Shown: in pieces, positions 9,275 through 18,876 of the stretch
How positions within the stretch are numbered: position 1 is the first letter of the stretch
How the letters are laid out: the number at the start of each line of letters is the position of its first letter
Source of the DNA: Alphaproteobacteria bacterium
GTDB lineage: Bacteria; Pseudomonadota; Alphaproteobacteria; Rs-D84
Length of the DNA: 64,000 nt
Assembly (NCBI GenBank): GCA_017960855.1
Contig: JAGCYJ010000008.1
Span: 44,654 to 108,653 of the forward strand
Direction: 5' to 3'
Program-made: the position numbers and the translations under genes
Notes under the pieces: generated by a model
The model's input: only the letters and a program-made list of their open reading frames with translations
Told to the model about the DNA's origin: nothing
The model's database searches: none

Positions 9275-9304
9275 AGATATAGTTACACCAAATACGATTT
9301 CAAG
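9275..9304 (-). promoter_or_regulatory. RpoH (sigma-32)-type heat-shock promoter for dnaK.
   Basis: The minus strand reads CTTGAAA, then 15-18 nt, then CTATATCT. This matches the alphaproteobacterial sigma-32 consensus CTTG-N17/18-CYTATNT and sits ~35 nt upstream of the dnaK SD. Confidence 0.45.
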
Positions 9305-9386
9305 GGTATAGGAACAAAAATATATCATTGACAATAAAGTATTTTGTATTATATTTTATAGCAACTTAACAACAAAAGGAATAAAG

Positions 9387-9671
9387 ATGTTAAACTTAAA
9401 AGAACCGACAGTTGTTACGATTTTAGATGTCAAACAACTTGGTTCCATTGACCCAGAATGCCCGTCAACAGTCGTATTATCGGTTGTCGCAGAAAATGGC
9501 ATAAAATGCAAAATATATATGCATAATAATAGTCACCAGACACCATTAGCCAGCGGCGCACACATAGTTGTTCAAGAACAAAAATCACCTAAAAACAACA
9601 TGGCACGTGAATACAAAGTTTGGCGAAGCGTTCATGCATATAAAGCCATGGCAAAACAGAATATACAATAA
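9387..9671 (+). CDS. Hypothetical small protein (94 aa).
   Basis: The ORF is followed directly by a terminator hairpin at 9681-9702. No recognisable motifs. Confidence 0.4.
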   Translation: MLNLKEPTVVTILDVKQLGSIDPECPSTVVLSVVAENGIKCKIYMHNNSHQTPLASGAHIVVQEQKSPKNNMAREYKVWRSVHAYKAMAKQNIQ

Positions 9672-9680
9672 ACATAAAAA

Positions 9681-9702
9681 AACCGTCCAAACGGGCGGTT
9701 TT
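9681..9702. terminator. Bidirectional rho-independent terminator.
   Basis: The hairpin AACCGTCCAAACGGGCGGTT is flanked by A-runs and T-runs. Confidence 0.55.
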
Positions 9703-10056
9703 TTAACGTCCTTTTACATTTATCAACTGTTGAATATCTGTCATATATTGCTTGGCTGCGGCCAATTCCGCTCCTAAAGTATAATTTTTTATCACTTGTC
9801 CCCTAAAGCACAAGAACGATGCATCAGGGCGATGGTCAATATTTACCCGAATACACAAATGGTCGCCATCTCTAACAAACTTATCTTCTATTGTAATTTC
9901 ATGCTGACCACCATCAGAATCAACTACCGTTGCACATTTTGCCGGGGGAAATACACCAATTTTTTCATACAGATCCGCAAGGCCCGTTGGCAATTCAATA
10001 GCCCGTACTACTTTTACCTGTACATAACTTCCCGCTTTCCAAAAAGTTCCTGCCAT
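9703..10056 (-). CDS. Hypothetical protein (117 aa).
   Basis: ORF only. It sits in tandem, 14 nt from 10070..10408, on the same strand. Confidence 0.4.
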   Translation of the reverse strand: MAGTFWKAGSYVQVKVVRAIELPTGLADLYEKIGVFPPAKCATVVDSDGGQHEITIEDKFVRDGDHLCIRVNIDHRPDASFLCFRGQVIKNYTLGAELAAAKQYMTDIQQLINVKGR

Positions 10057-10069
10057 AGCAAAATCCTCT

Positions 10070-10408
10070 TTATTTTTTCTTTTGTTTCCATTCTTGTTGA
10101 ACGGCTTTCAATTGTTTAAATGCGTTTTCTTTTTCCAACATAAGCGTTTTATTGACCAACGCTTTTACTTGTTTAGAATCATCAACGCCATATTCTGTTT
10201 GGATTGTAATCACATCGCCTGGACGTATATAATCTACAATATCGGCTCTGCAGGAAAGGTGTATGCACGATGTAGAACCATATTCGTCCAATGCATATAT
10301 TTCTTTTCCTGATGGTTTTAGATGATATGTACTTTCCCACTTGTCAGCAATTTCATATAACTGAACCATCCGCAATACGATTACATCTTTTGGTGTACCT
10401 GCTTGCAT
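10070..10408 (-). CDS. Hypothetical protein (112 aa).
   Basis: ORF only. The C-terminal tail is Lys-rich. Confidence 0.4.
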   Translation of the reverse strand: MQAGTPKDVIVLRMVQLYEIADKWESTYHLKPSGKEIYALDEYGSTSCIHLSCRADIVDYIRPGDVITIQTEYGVDDSKQVKALVNKTLMLEKENAFKQLKAVQQEWKQKKK

Positions 10409-10509
10409 AACAAACTCCTATTTTGTCTTTTACAATAGCACAGAACGATACATTGTCAAGATATCAAAAAACCGCCCAAACGGGCGGTTTAATCTGAAAC
10501 AACCAATTA

Positions 10510-11160
10510 TTATTTCTTGGCTGGTGCAGCGGCAGCAGCAGGCGCAGCAGCGTTCGCAGCGGCGGCGGCAGCAGCAGCGGCTTTATTATCCGCTTCTTCA
10601 GCCATTTTACCACCGATTGTTGCAAATGCCAATTCTGCCTGGTGCAAGCCCAATTCAATACCGCTTGGCAATACCAAGTCGGAACCGTGAACGGTTTCAC
10701 CAATGCCCAAGTTGGTCAAATCGATAGTGATTTTTTCAGGAATATTCTGAACCAAACCACGCAACGCAACCTTACGCACAGCGAAGTTCAAAACACCACC
10801 AACCTTGATACCGCGAGATGTTTCCATATTGATAACTTCCACTGGAACAACCACGTTAACTGGTTCTTTGACATTAATACGTTTAAAGTCCGCGTGAATG
10901 ATTTTGTCGGACACAGGATGATATTGAACATCCATCAACATAGCGTCTTCGACACCATTGGCGGTTTTAATGTTAAACAATTTGGTCCGCAAAGCAGGGG
11001 TTTTCAACAACATTTCGAAATCACGACCGTTCAATTCGATTGCGACCGGTGCTTTCTTTTCGCCATAAATGACGGCGGGGATATTGCTGTTTTTGCGGAT
11101 GCTACGTGCGGCCCCCTTGCCAGCAACGTTGCGAATTTCTGCGTTTATTTCAATAGCCAT
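10510..11160 (-). CDS. rplY: 50S ribosomal protein L25 / general stress protein Ctc, with an Ala-rich C-terminal tail.
   Basis: It starts MAIEINAEIRNVAGKGAARSIRKNSNIPAVIYG, the L25/Ctc signature. The tail is ...KAAAAAAAAANAAAPAAAAAPAKK. Confidence 0.9.
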   Translation of the reverse strand: MAIEINAEIRNVAGKGAARSIRKNSNIPAVIYGEKKAPVAIELNGRDFEMLLKTPALRTKLFNIKTANGVEDAMLMDVQYHPVSDKIIHADFKRINVKEPVNVVVPVEVINMETSRGIKVGGVLNFAVRKVALRGLVQNIPEKITIDLTNLGIGETVHGSDLVLPSGIELGLHQAELAFATIGGKMAEEADNKAAAAAAAAANAAAPAAAAAPAKK

Positions 11161-11264
11161 TTTATATCCTTTTATATAGCTTGGTTAAATTATGCGCGGC
11201 CTCCAAGGGTGCCGTGCGGGGCATATTATTTATCAAAACATTTGAAAAATCAAGGATTTTATGA

Positions 11265-11822
11265 TTATTTTTTAGACAAAATCAAGAATCTTGCCCGACC
11301 ATAGGTTTTGTCACGCAGGGTTTCCCAAATCTCTGCATTTGGTTCAACCGTGTTTTCGGCTTCCTGTTCCCAGACCAAAATAGTGCCGGTTTTCGCGGCG
11401 CGCGCCAATTTATTTACAAAAGCGCGCCCCAGTTCCGCCGTATCGTATGGGGCATCAACAAAGACCAATGTCGCGGTCTTGGCATACTGTGAAATTGCGC
11501 CAATTGCGTCGCCTGCGACGATTTTTGCGTTGGATTCCGATGATATTGCGGAAATATTCTTGCGTACGGTCGCGATAGAATCGGGGGAAACATCCGTAAA
11601 AATGACATTTGCACCATAGCGGGAAATACACTCAACCCCAAACGCGCCTGAACCGGCAAACGCATCCCAAACCATCATTTTGGTGTTTGTATCAATAATT
11701 CCAGATTCCAGCATATTAAACAGGGCAATTCGTGCGCGATTCTGGGTTGGACGCGCCGACGCAGGCAGAAAAAGTTTCCGTCCACGATATTTTCCCGAAA
11801 TAATTTGCAATTTTGATTCCAT
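11265..11822 (-). CDS. rsmD: 16S rRNA (guanine966-N2)-methyltransferase RsmD.
   Basis: It contains RPTQNRARIALFNML, DAFAGSGAFGVE and VFVDAPY, a typical RsmD SAM-methyltransferase. Confidence 0.8.
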   Translation of the reverse strand: MESKLQIISGKYRGRKLFLPASARPTQNRARIALFNMLESGIIDTNTKMMVWDAFAGSGAFGVECISRYGANVIFTDVSPDSIATVRKNISAISSESNAKIVAGDAIGAISQYAKTATLVFVDAPYDTAELGRAFVNKLARAAKTGTILVWEQEAENTVEPNAEIWETLRDKTYGRARFLILSKK

Positions 11823-11839
11823 GTACTAGAGTGTATAAC

Positions 11840-12298
11840 ATGAGTTTTATGAAGCAAGCATTAATTTCAGCGCACCGCGCATATAAACACGACGATGTTC
11901 CAATCGGCGCAGTTATTGTTCGTGGTGGCAAAATTATTGCGCGCGGCGAAAACATGGTTCAAAAGAAACGCAACCCAACACTGCATGCGGAAATCGTTGC
12001 GATAAATCGCGCGTGCAAAAAATTGGGTGTAAAGTTCTTGGACGATTGTGACATTTATGTCTCATTGGAACCATGCGCCATGTGTGCGACCGCAATATCA
12101 TTGGCACGTATTCAGAATGTGTTCTTTGCTGCGGCGGATGAAAAAGGAGGGGGCATCTTGTCCAATGCGCGTATTTATGATACCGACCGGCACTTGTGGT
12201 TACCGACTGTGCGCCAGTTGCCCGAATATGCCGATGAAAGCGCGAAATTATTGCGTGACTTCTTTGCCAAACGCCGCAACAAAAAGGAAACTAAATGA
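11840..12298 (+). CDS. tadA: tRNA-specific adenosine deaminase TadA.
   Basis: It has HAEIVAI...SLEPCAMC, the CDA zinc motifs. The internal ATG at 11840 avoids an overlap with divergent rsmD. Confidence 0.85.
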   Translation: MSFMKQALISAHRAYKHDDVPIGAVIVRGGKIIARGENMVQKKRNPTLHAEIVAINRACKKLGVKFLDDCDIYVSLEPCAMCATAISLARIQNVFFAAADEKGGGILSNARIYDTDRHLWLPTVRQLPEYADESAKLLRDFFAKRRNKKETK

Positions 12299-12753
12299 CA
12301 GACGAAAAATACATCGTCATAGATACCAATTGTGATGACACTTTACATCACAGAACTTGCGTCCACGTACAAGCCATTGACCATAATTCAACAGACCACA
12401 GAAGCAAACTTTTTTACAGCAAAGAAAACCTGCGACTGGGCGATATCGTGGTAAAACAAGACGACAACAAACCAAATATGTGTAAAAAAATTCAATATGG
12501 CACTTCTGCACACCCAGCAACTGTCTTGGGGACGTATCCACATGACAATGGTAAAACGGTTTTTGCGTTTAGTGCGACACTGGGGGACATCAAAATAGAA
12601 CTGCACCCCAGCAGTCCATATTTATACACAGAATCAGGTCATGAAATACTAGTCGGATACAACACTTCTAACAAGATGTTTTATATCATGGCAAACAAGA
12701 CAGCAAATGAAATGCGCAGACAGGCCATCAGAAAACGCAGGAGATCTATATGA
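12295..12753 (+). CDS. Hypothetical protein (152 aa), translationally coupled to tadA.
   Basis: There are ATGA overlaps at both ends (12295 and 12750). Confidence 0.45.
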   Translation: MTDEKYIVIDTNCDDTLHHRTCVHVQAIDHNSTDHRSKLFYSKENLRLGDIVVKQDDNKPNMCKKIQYGTSAHPATVLGTYPHDNGKTVFAFSATLGDIKIELHPSSPYLYTESGHEILVGYNTSNKMFYIMANKTANEMRRQAIRKRRRSI

Positions 12754-13199
12754 AAAAAGACAAGCTTGGTGTTACAGCAGCACTAGGCGAATCGGCAATG
12801 CTGTTGGTTGCTGCTGGCCTTATGTGGTTTGTAATTACAGGACCCGAACGCGAACGAAAAAAAGCGACATGGGAAGACGCAAAACCGGATACCTTGGTGG
12901 TTCAAGACAAGCAAATTGCTTCTTCTATAGAAGGGGTTGCAACAGATGTATATTATGAATTGTTGGTACAAGACACTGATGGCAAACAGTTTGTATTCCC
13001 ATCACGTGCATTTAATTTACACTATAATGTAGATTATTATAACTCTTCCCGCGCAAAAGAAAAATCTGACATCAAATTTGCCACTCCCGGCGACACACTG
13101 GTGATGCAACGCAGTTTTGCAAGATACAAAGGGACGACATACAACAGGAATATGACCATGCGAAACATTACTATGCAACGTCGTAACAAGCAACACTAA
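12750..13199 (+). CDS. Small N-terminally anchored membrane protein; paralog of 13216..13668.
   Basis: It has an N-terminal TM helix. It shares the motifs KPDTLxVQDKQIxSxI, ATDVxxELLVxxTDG, IKFAxPGDTLV and MQRR with the next gene. Confidence 0.5.
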   Translation: MKKDKLGVTAALGESAMLLVAAGLMWFVITGPERERKKATWEDAKPDTLVVQDKQIASSIEGVATDVYYELLVQDTDGKQFVFPSRAFNLHYNVDYYNSSRAKEKSDIKFATPGDTLVMQRSFARYKGTTYNRNMTMRNITMQRRNKQH

Positions 13200-13215
13200 A
13201 TCACAGGGGAACCTT

Positions 13216-13668
13216 ATGAAACAAGAAACAAAACAAAGTTTAGAAGAAATCGGATGGAATCTGATTGTGTTTTTGGGCATTGTTATCTTTTCCGCAGTAT
13301 TGGTTGGCATTACAGATAAAAACCCATCATATCAAAACTCTGCTGCTTGGGATTACTCAAAACCAGATACACTTTATGTCCAAGACAAGCAAATCACTTC
13401 TGAAATAAAAGAGGTCGGATACGGTGGTGCTACAGATGTACACAATGAATTACTGGTGCACAGTACCGATGGTCGTATGTTCGTCGTTCCATCAACTGAT
13501 TTTCGCACACGTTATGGTATCATCCCAGAACACATGACAAGCAATCCAAACATAAAATTTGCACAACCTGGCGATACATTGGTGGTACGCAGTAATCCAC
13601 GGAAATATGGATGGGACAGGGGTGTTGTTGAAAATATTTCAATGCAAAGACGTGGCACCCAGCGTTAA
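13216..13668 (+). CDS. Small N-terminally anchored membrane protein; paralog of 12750..13199.
   Basis: As above. This is a tandem duplication. Confidence 0.5.
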   Translation: MKQETKQSLEEIGWNLIVFLGIVIFSAVLVGITDKNPSYQNSAAWDYSKPDTLYVQDKQITSEIKEVGYGGATDVHNELLVHSTDGRMFVVPSTDFRTRYGIIPEHMTSNPNIKFAQPGDTLVVRSNPRKYGWDRGVVENISMQRRGTQR

Positions 13669-15149
13669 ATCAACGCGTGTCCGGTCATATCGTCGGGTTG
13701 CGGAATCCCCAGAATCTTTAACATAGTTGGTGCTAAATCGCACAATCCGCCGTCACGCACCGGTGTTGCATGTTTTGACACATAAATCAAATTCACCGGA
13801 TTTGTCGTATGCGAAGTGCAGGGTGTATTGTGTTCTTCGTTCCACATTTGTTCCGCATTTCCATGATCAGCGGTAATCAGTAATTCACCGCCCAATTTCA
13901 ACACCGCTGGAACAAGACGTGCCAACTGTTTATCCAATGTTTCCATCGCTGAAATAGTCGCTTTTTCATTACCGGTATGCCCAACCATATCGCCATTGGC
14001 ATAGTTCAAAATCACAACATCAAACTTATTCAGTTGCGGAATCAGTTTATCGGTAATCTCTATTGCACTCATTTCTGGCTTTAAATCAAAGGTCGCAACA
14101 TCCGGCGACGGAACCAAAATCTTTTTTCCATGCTTGAAATCTATATTGCGTTCGGCATCCATGAAATAAGTGACATGATTATATTTTTCAGTTTCAGCAA
14201 TACGCAACTGGCGCAAGCCATTTTCTTCCAATACGTCGCCCAATGTATTCGGCACCGCAACATCGTCCAACAAAGCGGGGCATTCTTCGTTCAACCCTTC
14301 GCCATATTGCGAAAAGCACAACATTTCGCATTTTGTTTCCAACATGGCACGCACAATTTGACGCGCACGATCGGAACGATAGTTGCCAAATATAAAACCA
14401 TCTTTCTTGGTAATTGCGACATCGCCGTCAATAATTGTTGGCTTGATAAATTCGTCGCTTTCGTCGCGCGCATATGCCGCGTCAACCGCCATATCAACCG
14501 TCGGTGCATGATATTCAGCGGTGGCATTTGCAATCGCATTAAACGCCAATTCGGTACGATCCATATTCTTGTTTCTGTCCATTGTATAGTATCGTCCAGA
14601 AACAGTGCCCCAGAACACATTGCCGCGAACGAATTCGTCTGCTAATTCGCGTTTTATTATATAAACATATTTCTTTGCACTGTGTGGCGGCGTATCACGA
14701 CCGTCCGCAATAAAGTGAATATAGACACGCAGCCCCGCGTCCAAAACATAACGCGCGACACTTATCATTTCCATTAAATCAGAATGCACATCACCGTCGG
14801 ACATCAGACCCGCCAAATGAACAACGCCACCACGTTTGGACACCACCGATATAAAATGATTCAGATTTTTGTTTTTTGATAAATCGGTCATTTCAAAGCG
14901 ACGCAGAAACTGATTCACAACGCGCCCCGAACCAATGGTTATATGTCCAACTTCACTGTTACCCATAATACCAGCGGGCAGACCAACCGCATTACCACTG
15001 GCATTTAATTTGCTGTGCGGGTATTTCTTTAACAAAGAATCAAAGAACGGCATTTTTGCCAATGCAACCGCGTTGTGTGTGCGCTTCTCTGAAATACCGA
15101 CACCGTCCATAATACATAAAACTAGTGGTTTGGTCATAAAATCCCCCAT
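13665..15149 (-). CDS. gpmI: 2,3-bisphosphoglycerate-independent phosphoglycerate mutase.
   Basis: Full-length iPGM with the N-terminal DGVG, NSEVGH and the C-terminal TADHGN. Confidence 0.9.
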   Translation of the reverse strand: MGDFMTKPLVLCIMDGVGISEKRTHNAVALAKMPFFDSLLKKYPHSKLNASGNAVGLPAGIMGNSEVGHITIGSGRVVNQFLRRFEMTDLSKNKNLNHFISVVSKRGGVVHLAGLMSDGDVHSDLMEMISVARYVLDAGLRVYIHFIADGRDTPPHSAKKYVYIIKRELADEFVRGNVFWGTVSGRYYTMDRNKNMDRTELAFNAIANATAEYHAPTVDMAVDAAYARDESDEFIKPTIIDGDVAITKKDGFIFGNYRSDRARQIVRAMLETKCEMLCFSQYGEGLNEECPALLDDVAVPNTLGDVLEENGLRQLRIAETEKYNHVTYFMDAERNIDFKHGKKILVPSPDVATFDLKPEMSAIEITDKLIPQLNKFDVVILNYANGDMVGHTGNEKATISAMETLDKQLARLVPAVLKLGGELLITADHGNAEQMWNEEHNTPCTSHTTNPVNLIYVSKHATPVRDGGLCDLAPTMLKILGIPQPDDMTGHALI

Positions 15150-15232
15150 AAGATTCCTATCGTTTTAAGGGTATCACATCTGTTTTTTGATTGCAAAATA
15201 AAAAGAAAACTTGTATAAAGGAAATAATAACA

Positions 15233-15655
15233 ATGGGGAAAGAAATGGCCGGAAAATCCTGTATATCTTCGATTGATGAACATATTGGGCAACGCGTCCA
15301 ACTGCGTCGTGTAATGATGGGCATGTCGCAGAAAGATTTGGCGGACAAATGCGGTGTTTCGTTTCAACAGGTTCAAAAATATGAAACCGCGGGGAATCGC
15401 ATACCTGCATCGCGTTTGTTTGAATTAAGTACCGCGTTGGACACACCGGTATCGTTTTTCTTTGCGGGCTTGCCGGGCAACTTACCCGAAGAAAACCGCA
15501 GCGGTCGTCGATCACGCGTATCGGACGGTGGCGCAGATGATCCATTATCTAAAAATGAAACATTGCAACTTATAAACCTGTATTGGCGTTTGGCAGACGA
15601 CGAAAAACGCAAAATGATTTTGAAAATGTTAAAGTCATTAAATGGTCTGGAATAG
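15233..15655 (+). CDS. XRE-family helix-turn-helix transcriptional regulator.
   Basis: It contains IGQRVQLRRVMMGMSQKDLADKCGVSFQQVQKYETAGNRI, a Cro/C1-type HTH. The start is uncertain (15233 or 15245). Confidence 0.6.
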   Translation: MGKEMAGKSCISSIDEHIGQRVQLRRVMMGMSQKDLADKCGVSFQQVQKYETAGNRIPASRLFELSTALDTPVSFFFAGLPGNLPEENRSGRRSRVSDGGADDPLSKNETLQLINLYWRLADDEKRKMILKMLKSLNGLE

Positions 15656-15680
15656 GGTAAAAGTTATTTAAAAAGAAAAC

Positions 15681-15705
15681 CGCCAAATCGGCGGTTTTTA
15701 TTTAT
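15681..15705. terminator. Bidirectional rho-independent terminator.
   Basis: AAAACCGCCAAATCGGCGGTTTTTATTT. Confidence 0.55.
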
Positions 15706-16516
15706 TTTCTATGTCGCTATCCAATGAACACTTGTCAACCAGTTCAGTATCATCTTTTATCTTTCCACCGTTGGTGACATACTTCAAACATTTTTCCATG
15801 GCTGATGGTGATACACACAACCAACACGCTTCATGCGCAACCGCAGAAATCTGGATTTTTGTCCTTTCTATTACCAAGATATCAACACACTGCAATGTCT
15901 TTTTATCAAGAATCTGGTTTAACTCGCACTTTTTACATTCACCCTGGACAATTGCTTGACGCTCTGTGGTTTCACAATCAACACATTTGTTGGAATTAGC
16001 ATCAAACACTGTATCCCCTGTACACTCAGGAACACATTTTCCATTACGAGCCACATACCCAGACGCGCATCCCAATGTCGTTTGCGGCTCGGTACAAACT
16101 TTGTCCGTTTGGGCTGTATCTACATCGCCACAAACATTCCATTTTTTTTGCCAAGTGCATTTTCCGCCCGCAACATCTTCTGTAAACGTTTCTGTTCTTG
16201 CAATCCAAGTTGGGCTTTCTATATATTTACCTTGTTTGCTTGTCGTACCATTGCAACACCAATATGTCTTACCGCCATAAGAAAAATGATCGCCATGATA
16301 CTGCCAGTGTGGCATATTTTTAGAACGAACACGATTACCATGACAAGATGGTGCCTGACTACCGCAGAACCAATGTACGTCATTTGCCCCATCATCCTTG
16401 ACATAGCATTCACTGTTATATCCAACCTTGAAACTAACGGCCTGCGACACCATGGGGACGATGGCTAGTATAAATCCAATAAAAGATGCGCGCTTTAAAA
16501 TCGTTTTCATCATTAT
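15698..16516 (-). CDS. Secreted cysteine-rich protein (~270 aa) containing EGF-like CxxGYxxxxGxC modules.
   Basis: It has a signal peptide, MKTILKRASFIGFILAIVPMVSQA. Cys content is high, with motifs such as CASGYVARNGKCVPEC...CVDCE. Confidence 0.55.
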   Translation of the reverse strand: MMMKTILKRASFIGFILAIVPMVSQAVSFKVGYNSECYVKDDGANDVHWFCGSQAPSCHGNRVRSKNMPHWQYHGDHFSYGGKTYWCCNGTTSKQGKYIESPTWIARTETFTEDVAGGKCTWQKKWNVCGDVDTAQTDKVCTEPQTTLGCASGYVARNGKCVPECTGDTVFDANSNKCVDCETTERQAIVQGECKKCELNQILDKKTLQCVDILVIERTKIQISAVAHEACWLCVSPSAMEKCLKYVTNGGKIKDDTELVDKCSLDSDIENK

Positions 16517-16521
16517 TGTCC

Positions 16522-18810
16522 TTAATCCTTGTCCAGATAGCAACGGTCATTTTCCCATGTACCATTTACCATATCGCATTCATATTTATAATATTCAAGG
16601 GTAAATCTGCATGTGTTGGTCAATGCATCATATTTTGCGTAATTATTGTTGCCAGTTTGAACATTGGCGACTTCGCATCTGAACTTCACCGTATTCTTGA
16701 AACAAGCACCATAAGATTTTAATTCCTTGTTATCGGTTCCATATGTAATTGGTTTGGTTGAACCGTATACGGCACGGTAAAATTCTGGCTCGTACGGATC
16801 GTTTGATGTATCAACGGACATCCAATCAAACCATATGCCATTGCGTTCTTCGCACATTTTTGCCATGGCGTCAGATATTTCCATTGAAATGTCGGTAACC
16901 AAATTATTTATTATGCTATCTACTGTTGTGCTTTGATATCTAACAACATCGGTACTGCAATATGTCTGGGCCATAGTAGAAAGGTTATTATAAATTTCAC
17001 TTGGGTCTTTCAAACGACAATTCCAAGGATATCCCATTGTGCCGGCTGTCGGTGTGCACAATTCTTTGGCATAATTCTGTAACGCCGTTTCGCATCCCTC
17101 GGTAATACGGATATTATCAACCGCATCAACAAAATTAGTCAATGCTGTCAAACCACAAGCCGATGTATTTGTCAACTTGCCCGTTTTGGAATCAAATACA
17201 CACGTTTCGCCGTTGCCATACAACGCAGCACAGGCGGAAACCTTATCTATACACATTTGTTTCGCGGCATATGCGGACAAAGCACCAACCATTTGCGCAG
17301 TTGTGTTATCAAAATCTTTCAGTGCAGAAGATTGCGTGTCATAACAATCAGCCATCGTGCTGACACAAGACATTTTAACTTCTTCTATTTTTTCATCTTG
17401 CGCCTGGGCAATTTCAATAAGGGCAGTGCGCTTGAACTCTTCCCATACAATCTTGGAAATATCACGACATGTATCCAATGCAGACGCCGCAAAAATCTTT
17501 TTAGATTCCAAGAACTTATCAAAGTCCGGATTTTGCGCCAACACGTCGCTATTAACACCGTCCAAATTAATCACTTCGGTCAATTTAAACAGACGCGGGG
17601 AATAAATTGCTTCGCCCGTAGTTTGATTGATATACACGCCGGTGTAATCCAAGCAACGTTTATAATTCGCACCGCACGCCGTATCGGCGGTCAACGCACT
17701 GCGCACCTTGCTTATACATTCATTGACATTGGCACTGTTGTGGGAACGATATTCTTCCAAACGCGCTTCGCGCAAATACTTTTCTGCGGTGCGCACAGTT
17801 TGTTTTACACTTTCCACCTTTTTATCAATATTCTTTTGATACGCATTACAATCTTGGGTAATCATGATGCTGTACGAAGAACGCGCCATATTTGCAACTG
17901 CGGAACTTTGACAAACATCGTTAATAAGTTTATTACACTGTTTGTTGGCGGCATTGTATAACGAAACCCCCTCCAAATCAGAGAAGTTTTGACCGCCACC
18001 AAATAGCGCACTGCCGCCATCTGCCCAAATATCATCAACATCATCAGTTAAATCAAAGGACAAGATTCCCAATGAATTTGATATACTGCTTGTCGTGCTG
18101 GCCTTCTTTTTCCCGGACAACAAATCGCCGATTTCATCCAAAATCTTGGCTGCGCCACTGGTATCTTTTTTGATTGCCGCTTCGCCAACCGTCGCGGTGT
18201 ACATTGCATTAACTTCGGCTGCGGTTTTATCAACAGCATTCAGGTTATTATCTTCAAATTTCATCAACAAAGTTTTTGCTTCGTCCAATGCGTTTTCGGT
18301 ATTACGAAAATCGGCGAAACGCGAACTGCAAAAACAACGACGATATGTATCATTTGCATTTGCACAGAATTGATCCATACATGTCGCATAGGAATCACGA
18401 CAGGCGGCATACCCACTGCCAATTTTGGAAACATCATTAAATACCGCAGTTGCGCGCGCAGTTGATGCGGTGCGTGAAACATTTGGTGTGCTTGCCGTGC
18501 GTGCGTTTGTTGTGCTGCGCGCATTTGCCGCGCGTGCCGGTCCGGTTGTTTTGGCACTGCGTGCGACGGTTGATGCACCGCGTGCCGCATTTGATATCAT
18601 TACCCCATGCGTAGATTCACGAACATTTGATGCCCGAACTTCTGGTCGGGTCACAGCCACACGGGAAACCGAATCGTTAGAACGAACATTCTGAGACGTT
18701 GCCGACGAACCACGTGGGTTAGGTGCCTGGACCGCCAACGCGTCAAGCCCGCCACACACAGCCACGGCTGCAATTAAACAACGCAAAAATCTTATATGAC
18801 TAAACACCAA
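16522..18810 (-). CDS. Large secreted protein (762 aa) with an S/T/A/R-rich linker and a Cys-rich C-terminal region.
   Basis: There is a signal peptide, then low-complexity SATSQNVRS...ARSTTNARTAS, then many Cys. It lies directly upstream of 15698..16516 on the same strand. Confidence 0.55.
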   Translation of the reverse strand: MVFSHIRFLRCLIAAVAVCGGLDALAVQAPNPRGSSATSQNVRSNDSVSRVAVTRPEVRASNVRESTHGVMISNAARGASTVARSAKTTGPARAANARSTTNARTASTPNVSRTASTARATAVFNDVSKIGSGYAACRDSYATCMDQFCANANDTYRRCFCSSRFADFRNTENALDEAKTLLMKFEDNNLNAVDKTAAEVNAMYTATVGEAAIKKDTSGAAKILDEIGDLLSGKKKASTTSSISNSLGILSFDLTDDVDDIWADGGSALFGGGQNFSDLEGVSLYNAANKQCNKLINDVCQSSAVANMARSSYSIMITQDCNAYQKNIDKKVESVKQTVRTAEKYLREARLEEYRSHNSANVNECISKVRSALTADTACGANYKRCLDYTGVYINQTTGEAIYSPRLFKLTEVINLDGVNSDVLAQNPDFDKFLESKKIFAASALDTCRDISKIVWEEFKRTALIEIAQAQDEKIEEVKMSCVSTMADCYDTQSSALKDFDNTTAQMVGALSAYAAKQMCIDKVSACAALYGNGETCVFDSKTGKLTNTSACGLTALTNFVDAVDNIRITEGCETALQNYAKELCTPTAGTMGYPWNCRLKDPSEIYNNLSTMAQTYCSTDVVRYQSTTVDSIINNLVTDISMEISDAMAKMCEERNGIWFDWMSVDTSNDPYEPEFYRAVYGSTKPITYGTDNKELKSYGACFKNTVKFRCEVANVQTGNNNYAKYDALTNTCRFTLEYYKYECDMVNGTWENDRCYLDKD

Positions 18811-18876
18811 AATACATCTCTCTGTGGTATGTATTTTATCATTTTTAGGGGGTATGAATCAAGCCCATTTTAACGA

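Noticed and set aside
10524-11304. Plus-strand ORFs of 67 and 220 aa overlapping rplY
   Set aside because: They are antisense to the unambiguous L25/Ctc gene. Their translations are Q/R-rich, which is typical of GC-skewed antisense frames.
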